A DNA stretch of 63,025 nucleotides, filler included, from Octopus bimaculoides (Eukaryota), in the NCBI RefSeq assembly GCF_001194135.2. It is 5 parts of 5 records of this genome, joined end to end, with 100 filler letters (N's around TTAATTAATTAA, not from the genome) between each part and the next. Parts side by side here need not be neighbours in the genome. Positions count along the whole stretch, not along the records: positions 34,842 to 47,920 come from NC_068990.1; positions 48,021 to 54,912 come from NC_069000.1; 3 more parts are not named here. One strand, 5' to 3'. Below, in pieces: positions 39,461-50,243 of this stretch; position 1 is the first letter of the stretch, and each line of letters starts with the position of its first letter. The notes beneath the pieces are model-generated. The model was given only the letters and a program-made list of their open reading frames with translations. It had not been told where the DNA came from and searched no databases. Both the position numbers and the translations under genes were made by a program.

Positions 39461-40890
39461 ATTCGCACTTCTGATAGTCCCTATTATCAGCAGTAAGAGG
39501 AGTAGAAACGATACTGAATAGAGTACTTCAGTGTTTTACCCCAAATCCTTATAAAACATTCTGGTTTGATTTTTTTTAAATAAACTATCCACTCCGATAT
39601 TTAGTTTCGATAACTTAAGATAAAGAAAAGACTTGAAATCTTTAGTATTTGATTCTTCTTATCTCGCTGAAGTCAACTTTACTTTTTATCCCTCCGGACT
39701 CAATAAGATAAAGTATCAGTTCTAAAAATAGGTAGTTCCGAACTCGCTTTCAATCTAACTTGCTCGGTAGTCCGCCTATCAGTGCGTCCTCTCTCATCTT
39801 TTCTAAATGTACAGGCTGAAGTTAGAATATTACAAACGAAGTTTAGGACTCTTGAATGGGTAGTGTCAACATGTGGATATGATGTCATCGTAATGATGTC
39901 GATACCATGGAAGTGGAGGTGATCGGCACTGTGTTAAAGGAATACGAAGCGTTGACAGAAATGAAGGCAAATCCGACAAGTCGGAGAGTTTGCAGCTTGG
40001 CACCTGGAGAAGTAAGTCTATGCTGCCAAACAATGCCGTAGGTGACTGGACAAACGAACAGATTAAACTGCTGGATGCCCAGCTTGGTTTGGCCCTCCAG
40101 ATGGACAGGAACTAAGACGAAGTAACGAATAGGGTGGCCAGCCTCACTCAGAAATAGGCTGCAGTGTCTTCAGATATCCCAAGACAGTGAGCAGGTGTGG
40201 GCGCCTTTTGTCAGGCACATCTTTCCACAACTCGTCTCCCTGACAGAGCTGCAATCCTAAGTCATACGAAAACCAAGACTCGACACTTAGCATCTGAAAT
40301 GTTTGTCAGGCGATTACCATCGTCTACCAGACGATCTTGGTGGAACTTTAGGAGTCGATATGAACCAATTGGTTGGTCTGTGCCGAGGAACTTTCGGCCC
40401 ATAAATCCTTTGTCTAGCAGTGCTGCCGGAGTCCGTGAGAGTATTTTCAGTTCGAGACAAACTTAACAGGCACGGGGCGGGGATGTCAGTTGACCCTGTT
40501 CGAGATGTACGGAAAGTAACGAAACCACACTGGACGCAGTCTTTCAGTGTCCCTGCATTACTGAATCATGTAGTTTTACGAACATTTATTATCGCAGATG
40601 GGAGGGATCCGTCTACCAACCATCGAGAGAATGTGGCCCACCAGCCTCGTTTCTTTCTTTCTTTTTCAGGAAGGATAAGCAGTGCTCTTCTTTCTGGTGG
40701 CTAAGGCAAAAGAGGTTGTATAGTGGATGAGACCAGATACCTTCCTCTTCGGTCAAGCTCTCTCAATATTTTTCAAGTCCCAATAGAAAAGGAAAGTGAG
40801 GGTGGGCGAAGAGAGAGGGGGGAGAAAGAGAGAGAGAGAAAGAGAGAGGCAGAAAGACAGACAGTCAGACAGACAGACAGTCAGACAGTC

Positions 40891-40936
<46 letters not shown>

Positions 40937-41158
40937 TCAGACAAACAGACAGCAGACAGACAGACAGCAGTGCTCACCCACTCCCTCTCATTAATTTTCT
41001 GAAAGGTGACTAAGAGTTGAGAAGATGATGTGTTTAAGGCGCTGATCTGAACGTGTTTCTGCTGGTAGGAAGACAAGCTGAGGAAAAGCACCTGCCCACG
41101 TTGTCAGATGATTCAGGTTTTGTGACGCTTTCTTCGAGTAATCTTCGGTCGTGTTTCT

Positions 41159-41247
<89 letters not shown>

Positions 41248-41296
41248 TGTAGTAGTAGTAGTANNNNNNNNNNTAGTAGTAGTAGTAGTAGTAGTT

Positions 41297-41343
<47 letters not shown>

Positions 41344-41344
41344 T

Positions 41345-41380
<36 letters not shown>

Positions 41381-41387
41381 CCATTAA

Positions 41388-41717
41388 TGCGGCGAGCTGA
41401 CAGAAACGTTAGCACGCGGGGCGAAATGCTTAGCGGTATTCATCTGCCCGTTACGTTCTGAGTTCAAATCCCGCCGAGGTCGACTTTGCCTTTCATCCTT
41501 TCGGGGTCGATTCGATTAAATAAGTACCAGTTACGCACTGGGGTCGATATAATCGACTTAATCCGTTTGTCTGTCCTTCTTTGTCCCCTCTGTGTGTAGC
41601 CCCTTATGGGCAGTAAAGAAATAAGAAACGTTAGCACGCCGGGCGAAATGCTTAGCGGTATTTCGTCTGCCGTTACGTTCTGAGTTCAAATTCCGCCGAG
41701 GTCGACTTTGCCTTTCA
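41388..41717 (+). mobile_element. tRNA-derived SINE family 2: full copy (41388-41625) plus head-to-tail second copy cut by gap
   Basis: GCGGCGAGCTG.CAGAA.CGTTAGCACGC.GGGCGAAATGCTTAGCGG...GAGTTCAAAT.CCGCCGAGGTCGACTTTGCCTTTCATCCTTTCGGGGTCGAT...TAAGTACCAG. Confidence 0.9.
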
Positions 41718-42490
41718 NNNNNNNNNNNNNNNNNNNNNNNNNNNNNNNNNNNNNNNNNNNNNNNNNNNNNNNNNNNNNNNNNNNNNNNNNNNNNNNNNNN
41801 NNNNNNNNNNNNNNNNNNNNNNNNNNNNNNNNNNNNNNNNNNNNNNNNNNNNNNNNNNNNNNNNNNNNNNNNNNNNNNNNNNNNNNNNNNNNNNNNNNNN
41901 NNNNNNNNNNNNNNNNNNNNNNNNNNNNNNNNNNNNNNNNNNNNNNNNNNNNNNNNNNNNNNNNNNNNNNNNNNNNNNNNNNNNNNNNNNNNNNNNNNNN
42001 NNNNNNNNNNNNNNNNNNNNNNNNNNNNNNNNNNNNNNNNNNNNNNNNNNNNNNNNNNNNNNNNNNNNNNNNNNNNNNNNNNNNNNNNNNNNNNNNNNNN
42101 NNNNNNNNNNNNNNNNNNNNNNNNNNNNNNNNNNNNNNNNNNNNNNNNNNNNNNNNNNNNNNNNNNNNNNNNNNNNNNNNNNNNNNNNNNNNNNNNNNNN
42201 NNNNNNNNNNNNNNNNNNNNNNNNNNNNNNNNNNNNNNNNNNNNNNNNNNNNNNNNNNNNNNNNNNNNNNNNNNNNNNNNNNNNNNNNNNNNNNNNNNNN
42301 NNNNNNNNNNNNNNNNNNNNNNNNNNNNNNNNNNNNNNNNNNNNNNNNNNNNNNNNNNNNNNNNNNNNNNNNNNNNNNNNNNNNNNNNNNNNNNNNNNNN
42401 NNNNNNNNNNNNNNNTTTTTTTTTTTTTTTTTTGTACATTCTCCCATATATATATATATATAATATTTATTCTTAGAATGAAGTCAATCG

Positions 42491-42674
42491 TTATTTAACA
42501 TTTTTTTTCAATGAAGAAAAAATTTTGCTCCTATTTTCTTTCTTCTTTTCTTTCTTAACTATTTGAACAATTTGTTGCTGGGTCATGTCGTAACTGTCAC
42601 CGTCATCATCATCTTTTTCTTCTCTGAATAACGGAGATTCCAAGCCTAAAACTAATCCAGTATCAGCTAAAGAA
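42491..42674 (-). CDS. Candidate terminal exon on the minus strand, product unknown
   Basis: Acceptor TTATCTTCCTTGCTTCAATAG|. Reads SLADTGLVLGLESPLFREEKDDDDGDSYDMTQQQIVQIVKKEKKKENRSKIFSSLKKNVK-stop, with AATAAA about 20 nt after the stop (42466-71). Confidence 0.25.
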
Positions 42675-43049
42675 CTATTGAAGCAAGGAAGATAACTCTT
42701 ACACATAAATAACGGGGTTATTTCCCTTGAAAATAAAATTCACTCATTTTGAAAATGAATGAGGATGTTGAATACATTTCAATTGAGAAACAAAACAGAA
42801 GATGTAAAACAACTGGAACGACAGAATAATAATTTCAATACAGTGACACTTCCTCCATTAATGCAAGGTATGTCATACATCCTAAGATATAAAAATGAAT
42901 GCAAATAATGAATGAGATTTAAATATGAATGAGAGGTGATGTTTATCTCCAATTAAACGTGGATATTCTATTACAACAAACTTTACTTATTGTTCTATTA
43001 CAAAAAAAAAAAAAAACATCCACATTTAAGTGGGGATAAATATTATCCC

Positions 43050-43372
43050 TCGGCGACCTGGCAGAATTTGAACTCAAAACATAAAGACGGACGAAATCTC
43101 GCTAAGCATTTCGCCCGGCGTGCTAACGATTCTGCCAGCTCGCCCCCTTAGTCATAATAATTATTTCTACTAAAGGCACAAGGCTTGAAATTTGGGGGAG
43201 GGGACTAACAGATTAAGTCGATTATATCGACTCCAGTGTTTCACTGGTATTTAATCTATCGACTCCGAAAGAATGAAAAGCAAAGTCAACCTCGGCGGAA
43301 TTTGAACTCAGAACGTAGCAACGGGCGAAATACTGCTAAGCATTTCATCCAGCGTGCTAACGATTCTGCCGA
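43050..43372 (-). mobile_element. SINE family 2, two copies (43050-43148, 43165-43372)
   Basis: Reverse complement head and core matches. Confidence 0.8.
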
Positions 43373-43580
43373 CCCACAGCCTTACTTTCAAGTAAATATT
43401 ATTGCTGAGTTAGAGTAGGTACAAGAGAGTGTCTGCATTAAATTAGCCTTAATGTTGTGCGTTAGGGATGACAGTAGCTTAAAGTGCATCTTATGGGCTA
43501 TCAAATGTGGTAATTATATCTTCACTTCTCCAAAAAGTTTTCTTTTCACTGTCAAGTATTTTAATATATTTAGATATCTT

Positions 43581-43785
43581 AAGGTGTCGAGCTGGCAGAA
43601 TCATTAGCACGCCGGGGAAAATGCTGAGCGGCATTTCGTCCGTCTTTACATTCTGAGTTCAAATTCTGCCAAAGACATTGCCTTTCATCCATTCGGGGTC
43701 GATAAAAATATGTGTCGGTTGAGTACTGGGATCAATGTAATCGTCTATCCTCATCTCCCGAAATTTCAGGCCTTGCGCATATAGT
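43581..43785 (+). mobile_element. SINE family 2
   Basis: Head and core match. Confidence 0.8.
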
Positions 43786-44189
43786 AGAAAGAAATATATT
43801 TAGGTATTTAATTTATCATATTTTTACGAGTTATATTTATGAACTTAAGGCATACATAAAAATCAATGTTCTGATGTATGTAATCCGTCTCTTTCTCCTC
43901 GTGATATCGATTAAATATCACTGAATGTCACTGAATAAATATAAATTTGCTATTGATAAAAGAAAGAAAAAAGCGTTAAGTTTCCAAAGCGGAAACTTTG
44001 TATCAAAATTTATATTTCAAACTTCTGAAAAATATATTTCTTTGAAAAGATTTTCATTGTTTCGGAGGTGTACATTGCCAGACAAATGATTTGATCTGAG
44101 ACTATGTGTTGAAACTAAAACTTTTAGAGCATGAAAGACACATACAAAGTGCATTCAAAAATACAATAGATGTTTAAGTGAAACTAACA

Positions 44190-44565
44190 ATATCTGTGTC
44201 TTTTTGAATGGCTAATATGAATCGTTCATAGGGTAGCGAGCTGGCGGAATCGTTAGCTCGCCGGACAAAATGCTTAGCGGCATTTCGATCGTCTTCACGT
44301 TCTGAGTTCAAATTCCGCTCCGGTTGATTTTTGCTTTTCATGTTTTTAGTCGATGCAATCGACTAATCCCTTCTAATCCCTTCCCCACGAACTTGCTGGC
44401 TTTGTGTCAAAACTTGAAACTAATATCTGTCTTCCACACTGTTTAACGCTTTATTAAAAATTCAAATCCAGAGTATCGCCCGTGTTTACGTTCTGAGTTC
44501 AAATTCCGTCGAGGTCGATTTTGTCTTTCATCCTTTCGGGGGTCGATGAAATAGATACCAGTTAC
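44190..44565 (+). mobile_element. SINE family 2, two copies (44190-44425, 44483-44565)
   Basis: Two GAGTTCAAATTCCG B-box segments with core sequence. Confidence 0.75.
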
Positions 44566-45260
44566 ACACTATCATAGATGCACTAGCGTGGCACTTTGGA
44601 TCTAATCTTTCTCATTCGCAAAATGAGCCCCGCTTAATTTTGCTCAGATTGCTTTCAATTTTGGTGTATCGATGCAACTCTGAATTTTGATTACGATCAT
44701 CCAATTACTTTATCGCGTAAATTAAAGAATCTGATGTTATTTGGAATTAAAGTTGGAAAATTTGGGTAATTTTAGCCACTCAACAGACAGCGTAGAATTA
44801 ATAGCTTGTTACCATGACAACCGCGCGTCGTGTTGTGATTCACTGGTGCCTGTGCCGCTGTTGTTTCACACTTAGTACTTTTACATATTTTTCATTTCAT
44901 ATATTTTGGGGACTCAATGACTCAGATAGCTGGATTTACGATTTCACTAGGATAATTCTATTCATAAACATTTAAATTAGGAGTATTTCTTAAACCGTTA
45001 GCTTCATATTTTATCAGCTTAACTGAAATTTAGCCCACGTAACAGGAACTGAGAGAGATATCGTGGAACTGAGAAACTGTGGCTGATACAGATTATTTGA
45101 CATTATTTTTGAATTCTGCACGCAAAAACATACAAGATACAAGTATTCTTATCTTTGGGACAAATTCTCTGTTGACCAGTGTTATTCTTATCGTAGTTTA
45201 GAAATCAGAGCATAAAAACGTTACTCAACTTTGGAATTTTGGAGACAGATGCCCCCTTTT

Positions 45261-45291
<31 letters not shown>

Positions 45292-46324
45292 ACACACACA
45301 CCTCACCACACCACACCACACCACATCACACACACTCACACACACAAACGCACGTATACACACACACACACTCACGCACGCGCGCACACACACACATGCA
45401 CTTATATATTAATGATCTACATAAATACATGGCAGTTATACATAATACTGAAGTACGCATAAAGTAAACACATGCAGACAAATATATTAATAAAACAATT
45501 TTTTTTAAATGATAATAGCATACAATCAATGAAGAGACAAAAGAAACAATAAGATGATACATGTTGATTTTATTAGGTATTTCTGTTTATTTAGGAATCT
45601 ACAATTAACAGGTAAGATGCTAAACTAAAAAAAATTCACAGGACACAACCTTAAAGTTGACACCACTCCGCTAAACGCAGAAAATTTTTGTCACGTTATT
45701 GACTAAAAATACCCAGTTTTTTCCGGTTTTTAAACCTCTGTAACTTATTTCTCCATTTTTTTTTTCACCACAACATCTACCTTCAAAGCAATGAGACTGG
45801 AAGGCTGCATTATTATAGCCGATTTTCAGATTTTTTTACTTCCTTTTAGAAAATGCATATTTTGCGAATGAAAAAGACTAGATCCGGCACTTTTAAAGGA
45901 GCACCACTTTTAGGTCTGCTGTAGGCAATGTGTTTTTTGTGGGATCGTGGTGGGGGGGGGGAGGGAAGGGCCTCCCCGGGCGGCACACACTCTGGCTACG
46001 CTAGGGAATAGATGTGATCGATTTACCACCATTCCCAAAATAGTAGAAACTATAGCAGAAACATTTAAAATCGAGAGTAAGATATATTTGTTACACTTTT
46101 TTCACTTTGATTTATATAAACGAATATATAATGATAAAACTGTCTTTATAATTTAAAATAGATCAAACTTTAACAAATATCCTCTTCTCCCTTTTTCAAG
46201 TTTATGGAGTAAAACCTCTCTGTAAGTATCTAGGTATGCTTTTACAAAAGTAATTGTGTGAAACTAAAAGATGCTGGTGCTATATAGATTTGAATCAATT
46301 AAAATTGCTGCATTTAGGCAAGTA

Positions 46325-46447
46325 CAGTTGTACCTCGGTTTTCGAACAGCTCTGATCGCGAATAAATCGTGCTTTATATATTATACACAGATAGATATAG
46401 ATATATTTATTCGTGATCAGAGGCATTCGTAAACTGAGGTACTACTG
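46325..46447. mobile_element. Tigger/pogo-type MITE with TA TSD
   Basis: TA|CAGTTGTACCTCGGTTTTCGAAC...GAATAA and TTATTCGTGATCAGAGG...GAGGTACTACTG|TA form imperfect TIRs of about 40 bp. Confidence 0.8.
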
Positions 46448-46591
46448 TATTAAATGAATATGAGAAAGACAGGAGATAAAGTACGTTTTATTCGTGATCA
46501 GAATTGTTCGAAAGCCGAGGTTCTATTTACTGCATATGGATCTTGTTAAATTCATTCCACAGCCACTTGAAGTATTTCAAATTTTCACCAG

Positions 46592-46699
46592 ATTATTTAT
46601 AGTTTTGCATGCAAATGACGAAAACTACATTCATTTTTTCTGGAAATTGATAATAAAGAAGTTACATCGCTGTAGAAAACTTGAAAAAAAAAATATCCG
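46592..46699 (+). CDS. Candidate 108-nt internal exon, product unknown
   Basis: TTTTCACCAG| acceptor and CG|GTGAGA donor. One open frame (phase 2 to 2). Confidence 0.2.
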
Positions 46700-46850
46700 G
46701 TGAGAATCTGAAGTCGTTGAAAGAATTTTTACAAGATCCAAGTAAATTTTCTCAAGTTTTCATTTAATATAATAAAAGATATTTCAAATGGCAATTTATG
46801 TCTACAGCTCTACAAATATGAACTGAATTGAAATTTTGGCGAGTTTTTTT

Positions 46851-47240
46851 TGGCTGTGTGGTAAGTAGCTTGCTTACCAACCACATGGTTCCGTGTTCAG
46901 TCTCACTGCGTGGCATCTTGGGCAAGTGTCTTCTACTATAGCCTCGGGCCGACCAAAGCCTTGTGAGTGGATTTGGTAGACGGAAACTGAAAGAAGCTCG
47001 TCGTATATATATGTATATATATATATATATGTATGTGTTTGTGTGTTTGTGTTTGTCCCCCCAACATCGCTTGACAACCGATGCTGGTATGTTTACGTCC
47101 CCGTAACTTAACGGTTCGGCAAAAGAGACCAATAGAATAAGTACTAGGCTTCCAAAGAATAAGTCCTAGGGTCGAGTTGCTCGACTAAAGGCGGTGCTCC
47201 AGCATGGCCACAGTCAAAAGACTGAAACAAGTAAAAGAGT
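46851..47240 (+). mobile_element. tRNA-derived SINE family 1, best full-length copy
   Basis: A-box-like TGGCTGTGTGG, B-box-like GTTCAGTCTC, body, internal (TA)n/(TG)n, tail ...GCGGTGCTCCAGCATGGCC...GACTGAAACAAGTAAAAGA. More than 12 copies in the window. Confidence 0.9.
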
Positions 47241-47671
47241 AAACATTCAATTTCTGCTTTTTATAAATAACAATTCAATTTCTGTTGAAAATGTCAAGTT
47301 TACATCGAAACGTTTGTGATTCTAAACAATTAAACAATATTCTAATCGATATGAGATACTTCATTAAAAACCACATATCGACTTTTGTTGTCATTTTTAT
47401 TGATGTTATGATTACTCGCTGCAACATATGCGTCTACAAATGTGAAACACAATCCGCGCGCGCGTGTGTGTGTTGATTTGAGATTTATTTGGACCTTAAA
47501 CCTTAAATTCTGAGAAAAGCCCCACTTACCCTATCTCCGCGAGTCCAACAGCAGTCTTGATTTGCCGTGAAAACAAGATTGTTTTCGGTGACCCTGCATA
47601 TGTGAGTATATATGTGCATGTATGTGTGAAGGTGTGTGCATGTGGCTGCATGTTTCCCCACCCCGTCGCAC

Positions 47672-47707
<36 letters not shown>

Positions 47708-47724
47708 ATGTGTGTGTGTGCATG

Positions 47725-47773
<49 letters not shown>

Positions 47774-47920
47774 GTATAAATATGTATGTATATATATGTA
47801 TATATATATATGTGTATGTATATATATATGTATGTATATATATATATATATATATATGTATATACATATGCATATATATGTATGTATGTATATATATAGA
47901 TATATATGTATATATATATA

Positions 47921-48020
47921 NNNNNNNNNNNNNNNNNNNNNNNNNNNNNNNNNNNNNNNNNNNNTTAATTAATTAANNNNNNNNNNNNNNNNNNNNNNNN
48001 NNNNNNNNNNNNNNNNNNNN
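47921..48020. other. Artificial scaffold-join spacer
   Basis: 44 N + TTAATTAATTAA (47965-76) + 44 N. Confidence 0.95.
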
Positions 48021-48148
48021 GGGGGGGGGGTCGATAAATCAAGTACCAGTTACGCACTGAGGTCGATGTAATCGACTTAATCCCTTTGACTGTCCTTGTT
48101 TGTCCCCCTCTCTATGTTTAGCCCCCTTGTGGGCAATAAAGAATTAAG
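48021..48148 (+). mobile_element. SINE family 2, 3' part
   Basis: GGTCGATAAATCAAGTACCAGTTACGCACTG...GCAATAAAGAA matches the tail of 41388-41625. Confidence 0.8.
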
Positions 48149-48359
48149 AAACTGTGCACTAGTCTGTTCTGCACACCACATACACACGCACGCACGCACG
48201 CACGCACGCACGCACACACGCGGGTGTATGAGTGTATGTGTGTATGTATGTACGTGCGTGTGCATGTGTCTTTGCGCGTGTGTACGTGATTAGTTCAGAC
48301 CAGTTAAAAGATGATACGTGATGAAGTGTGTGCGTTGTCTTGTGGTTGGCTTCTATAAA

Positions 48360-48368
48360 ATGGTAAGT
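48360..48368 (+). other. Candidate donor of an upstream non-coding exon of the beta-lactamase-like gene
   Basis: ATG|GTAAGT about 1.2 kb upstream of the 49585 acceptor, in the same assembly block. Confidence 0.3.
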
Positions 48369-49071
48369 ATGTCTGGAAGGATGAATGCGATTATGAATGC
48401 TTGTGTGTGGGTGGTTGTGCACATTACAGTCATTATTAAAATGTGTACATGAACGTTCGGGAGGCTAATTGTGCGTGTGTGTGTTTGTGTGTGTGTGTGT
48501 GTGTGCATATCGTGTTCGTGTTTCAGTAAAGTTTTGCGTGTGTGTATGTGTATAACATGCAAGTGTCTCTGTGTCTATATGTGCGTGCGTGTATATCTAT
48601 ATCTGTGTGAGTGTATGTTGTAAACTTATCAGTTTAAAACTTATCAGTATTCAAGTTTAAAAAAATAAAAAAAGTAAGGCAGGCGTCAATAGAGAAAGAA
48701 AGAGAGTGGGTGGAGAGAGAGAGAGAGAGAGAGTAAGGGGGAAAGGCAAAGGAAAAAAAGTGAAAGAAAGAAAAAAAGACATTGAGTCAGAGAGAGAAAA
48801 GACACAATTGGAGAAAATGCAGATGGAAAAAGAGGAAGAAAACAAAGGAAGAGAAAAATAAAGGGAAGAGACCAATAAAAGAAAGAAAGGAAGAAAGAAT
48901 TAAATGCAAACAAAAAGGAAAAATAGAGAAAGATAGAAAAAGAAAGGACGAAGGTGTTGAAATAGGAATAACTATTTAACTTATTTTTTTATTAATATTT
49001 TTTATTCTTTTACAAATATTTTGTTTAAATCAGATCCTGCCCAATATATTTTCACACACACAAACACTCAC

Positions 49072-49115
<44 letters not shown>

Positions 49116-49550
49116 GGAAGCACACCCGCACGCACACACACAAACATATGCATGCATATACACGCACGCACGCACAAATCCCCCCCCACACACACACACA
49201 CACGCATACATACATACACTCTCTCACTCCCTCCCTCACGTATATGCATACATGTAGGAAGGTTGTTTGTGGATTAACTGTAATCCCTCGCCTTGTATAT
49301 TACCGGTATTAGTTTATCATTTTAACCACTTCTCACATACCAGTCTTCGAAGCTTTTTTGGGAAGAGAAAAAAAAAACTTAAACACAAAAACAACAAAAC
49401 AAACAAACTTTAAACTCGCATTAAGAATCGATCTCACGACACCGAAAGTACTGAAACAGATATTATACACAAGGAAAGAGGGGGGGAAATTCATTAAATA
49501 TTACACTCCAATAATCTTTGTGGTCTCTCCCACCACCCTAGCACAAATAT

Positions 49551-49585
49551 TACTAACATTACGACGATTCTTCACATTACTTCAG
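49551..49585 (+). other. Branch point plus 3' splice site of an intron upstream of the beta-lactamase-like ATG (exon starts 49586, 87 nt of 5' UTR)
   Basis: Perfect TACTAAC at 49551-57, then a pyrimidine-rich tract and TTCAG| at 49585. Confidence 0.65.
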
Positions 49586-49672
49586 GTTACACATGCTTTA
49601 ACAACAAATATATAATTTATAACCCGAATTTAACTTATTCTTTGCTGCCTGTATGTATATAAGAATAGCAAC

Positions 49673-49974
49673 ATGGATTTTTTCTATAAGTTTATATTTC
49701 TTACTGTTACGTCTGGACTTAGCTGTTGGGGATTTCAACAGTTGACGGAAAGGGATCGCGTTAAGCTGGAAAAGTTTTTAGCCATGTCGGTCCAATGTTC
49801 TGGTGCTCACGCTGCCAGTGTGGCTCTTGTACGTAACACCACCGTACTTTACAGGAATGGTTACGGTCACGGAAGTCCGCCGATCGATAAGAACACAACT
49901 TTCTGTATTGGAGGTTTGACCAAGCTGTTCACAGCCGGCTTAGTATCACAACTTATCGATGCTCACAACAGCAG
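49673..49974 (+). CDS. First coding exon of a secreted beta-lactamase/PBP-fold (serine-hydrolase-like) protein; SxxK motif reads GGLTK
   Basis: Complex-sequence ORF MDFFYKFIFLTVTSGLSCWG-FQQ...LEKFLAMSVQC...SVALVRNTTVLYRNGYG...KNTTFCIGGLTKLFTAGLVSQLI. It has a hydrophobic signal-peptide-like start and follows the family pattern V-x-x-x-G-Y/F-G ... T-x-F-x-I-G-S-x-T-K-x-F-T. It ends at a phase-2 donor AG|GTAAGC (GT at 49975-76). Downstream exons were not identified. Confidence 0.85.
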
Positions 49975-50197
49975 GTAAGCAACGCATTGGCTTTTACACA
50001 CACACACACAGTGTGTGTCTCTCTTTCTTTCTTTCTTCTTTCTTTCTCTATCACAAGCACGCACACACTTGCTCTCTCTCGCTCGCTCTCTGTCTGCCTC
50101 TCTCTCTCTCTATCTCGTTCTCTATCTCTCTCTCGGTCCCCCCTTTCCAAGTATTCTAGCTTTCGTGTTAAATTTCTTACTATTTACCTATCACACT

Positions 50198-50243
<46 letters not shown>

